Part shown: piece by piece, positions 63,751 through 64,000 of the stretch
How positions within the stretch are numbered: position 1 is the stretch's first letter
Layout of the letters: each line of letters opens with the position of its first letter
Assembly: GCF_030028105.1 (NCBI RefSeq)
Contig: NC_092381.1
Coordinates: 60,600,505-60,664,504 of the forward strand
Reading direction: 5' to 3'
Length of the DNA stretch: 64,000 nucleotides
From: Mobula birostris
Lineage: Eukaryota
Position numbers and translations under genes: made by a program
The notes under the pieces: model-generated
What the model was told of the DNA's origin: nothing
The model's input: the letters and a program-made list of their open reading frames with translations, nothing else
The model's database searches: none

Positions 63751-64000
63751 GTAAGGTCTCACAGAGAAGTGAGCTGAACATCAGTTCATTCTTTGCCCTC
63801 ATTCTCTTCGCCTTAATCTTTTTAATCTGGCTTGACGCTTAAATCAGCCGAACATTGGTTTGCTATCAGCTCTCAGGCCCAGGCCCCACTGCTTCAGTCT
63901 GGCCCCAGGTCCGCTCCAGCAATGGCTGCCATAGCCGTACCAGCTTTCTCAAGAGTCCAGTTTGCCAAATCCTTCAGGATACCACTAAAAATGCCAGGTC

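Overview
Eukaryotic, vertebrate-type DNA that is mostly repeats. The repeat mix (V-domain/HE1-like tRNA-SINEs, CR1, Rex1/Babar-like LINEs, Penelope-like elements, RTE, Tc1, Gypsy-type solo LTRs) suggests a cartilaginous fish, probably a ray or skate (inference). I can support no intact host gene; the window looks intergenic or intronic, and most ORF-track entries are transposon debris or chance ORFs. The main feature is a near-full-length, recently decayed R2-group (Hero-like) non-LTR retrotransposon at ~18.38-22.16 kb, encoding a Zn finger, RT, CCHC and restriction-like endonuclease. Its 3' UTR (22007-22125) holds a complete hammerhead-ribozyme catalytic core. The strands are in a non-circularly permuted order, held together by a canonical kink-turn and an extra helix plus hairpin inserted at the A9/G10.1 step. 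Its 5' end carries a periodic array of GA-loop hairpins. Other notable items: about ten decayed minimal Penelope hammerheads, an RT-less RTE element with a perfect 11-bp TSD, a full-length IR/DR-type Tc1, two related solo LTRs, a triple-nested insertion, and a locally templated 33-bp junction insertion. Coordinates of old repeat fragments are approximate (tens of bp); coordinates of TSDs, TIRs and RNA helices were read base by base.
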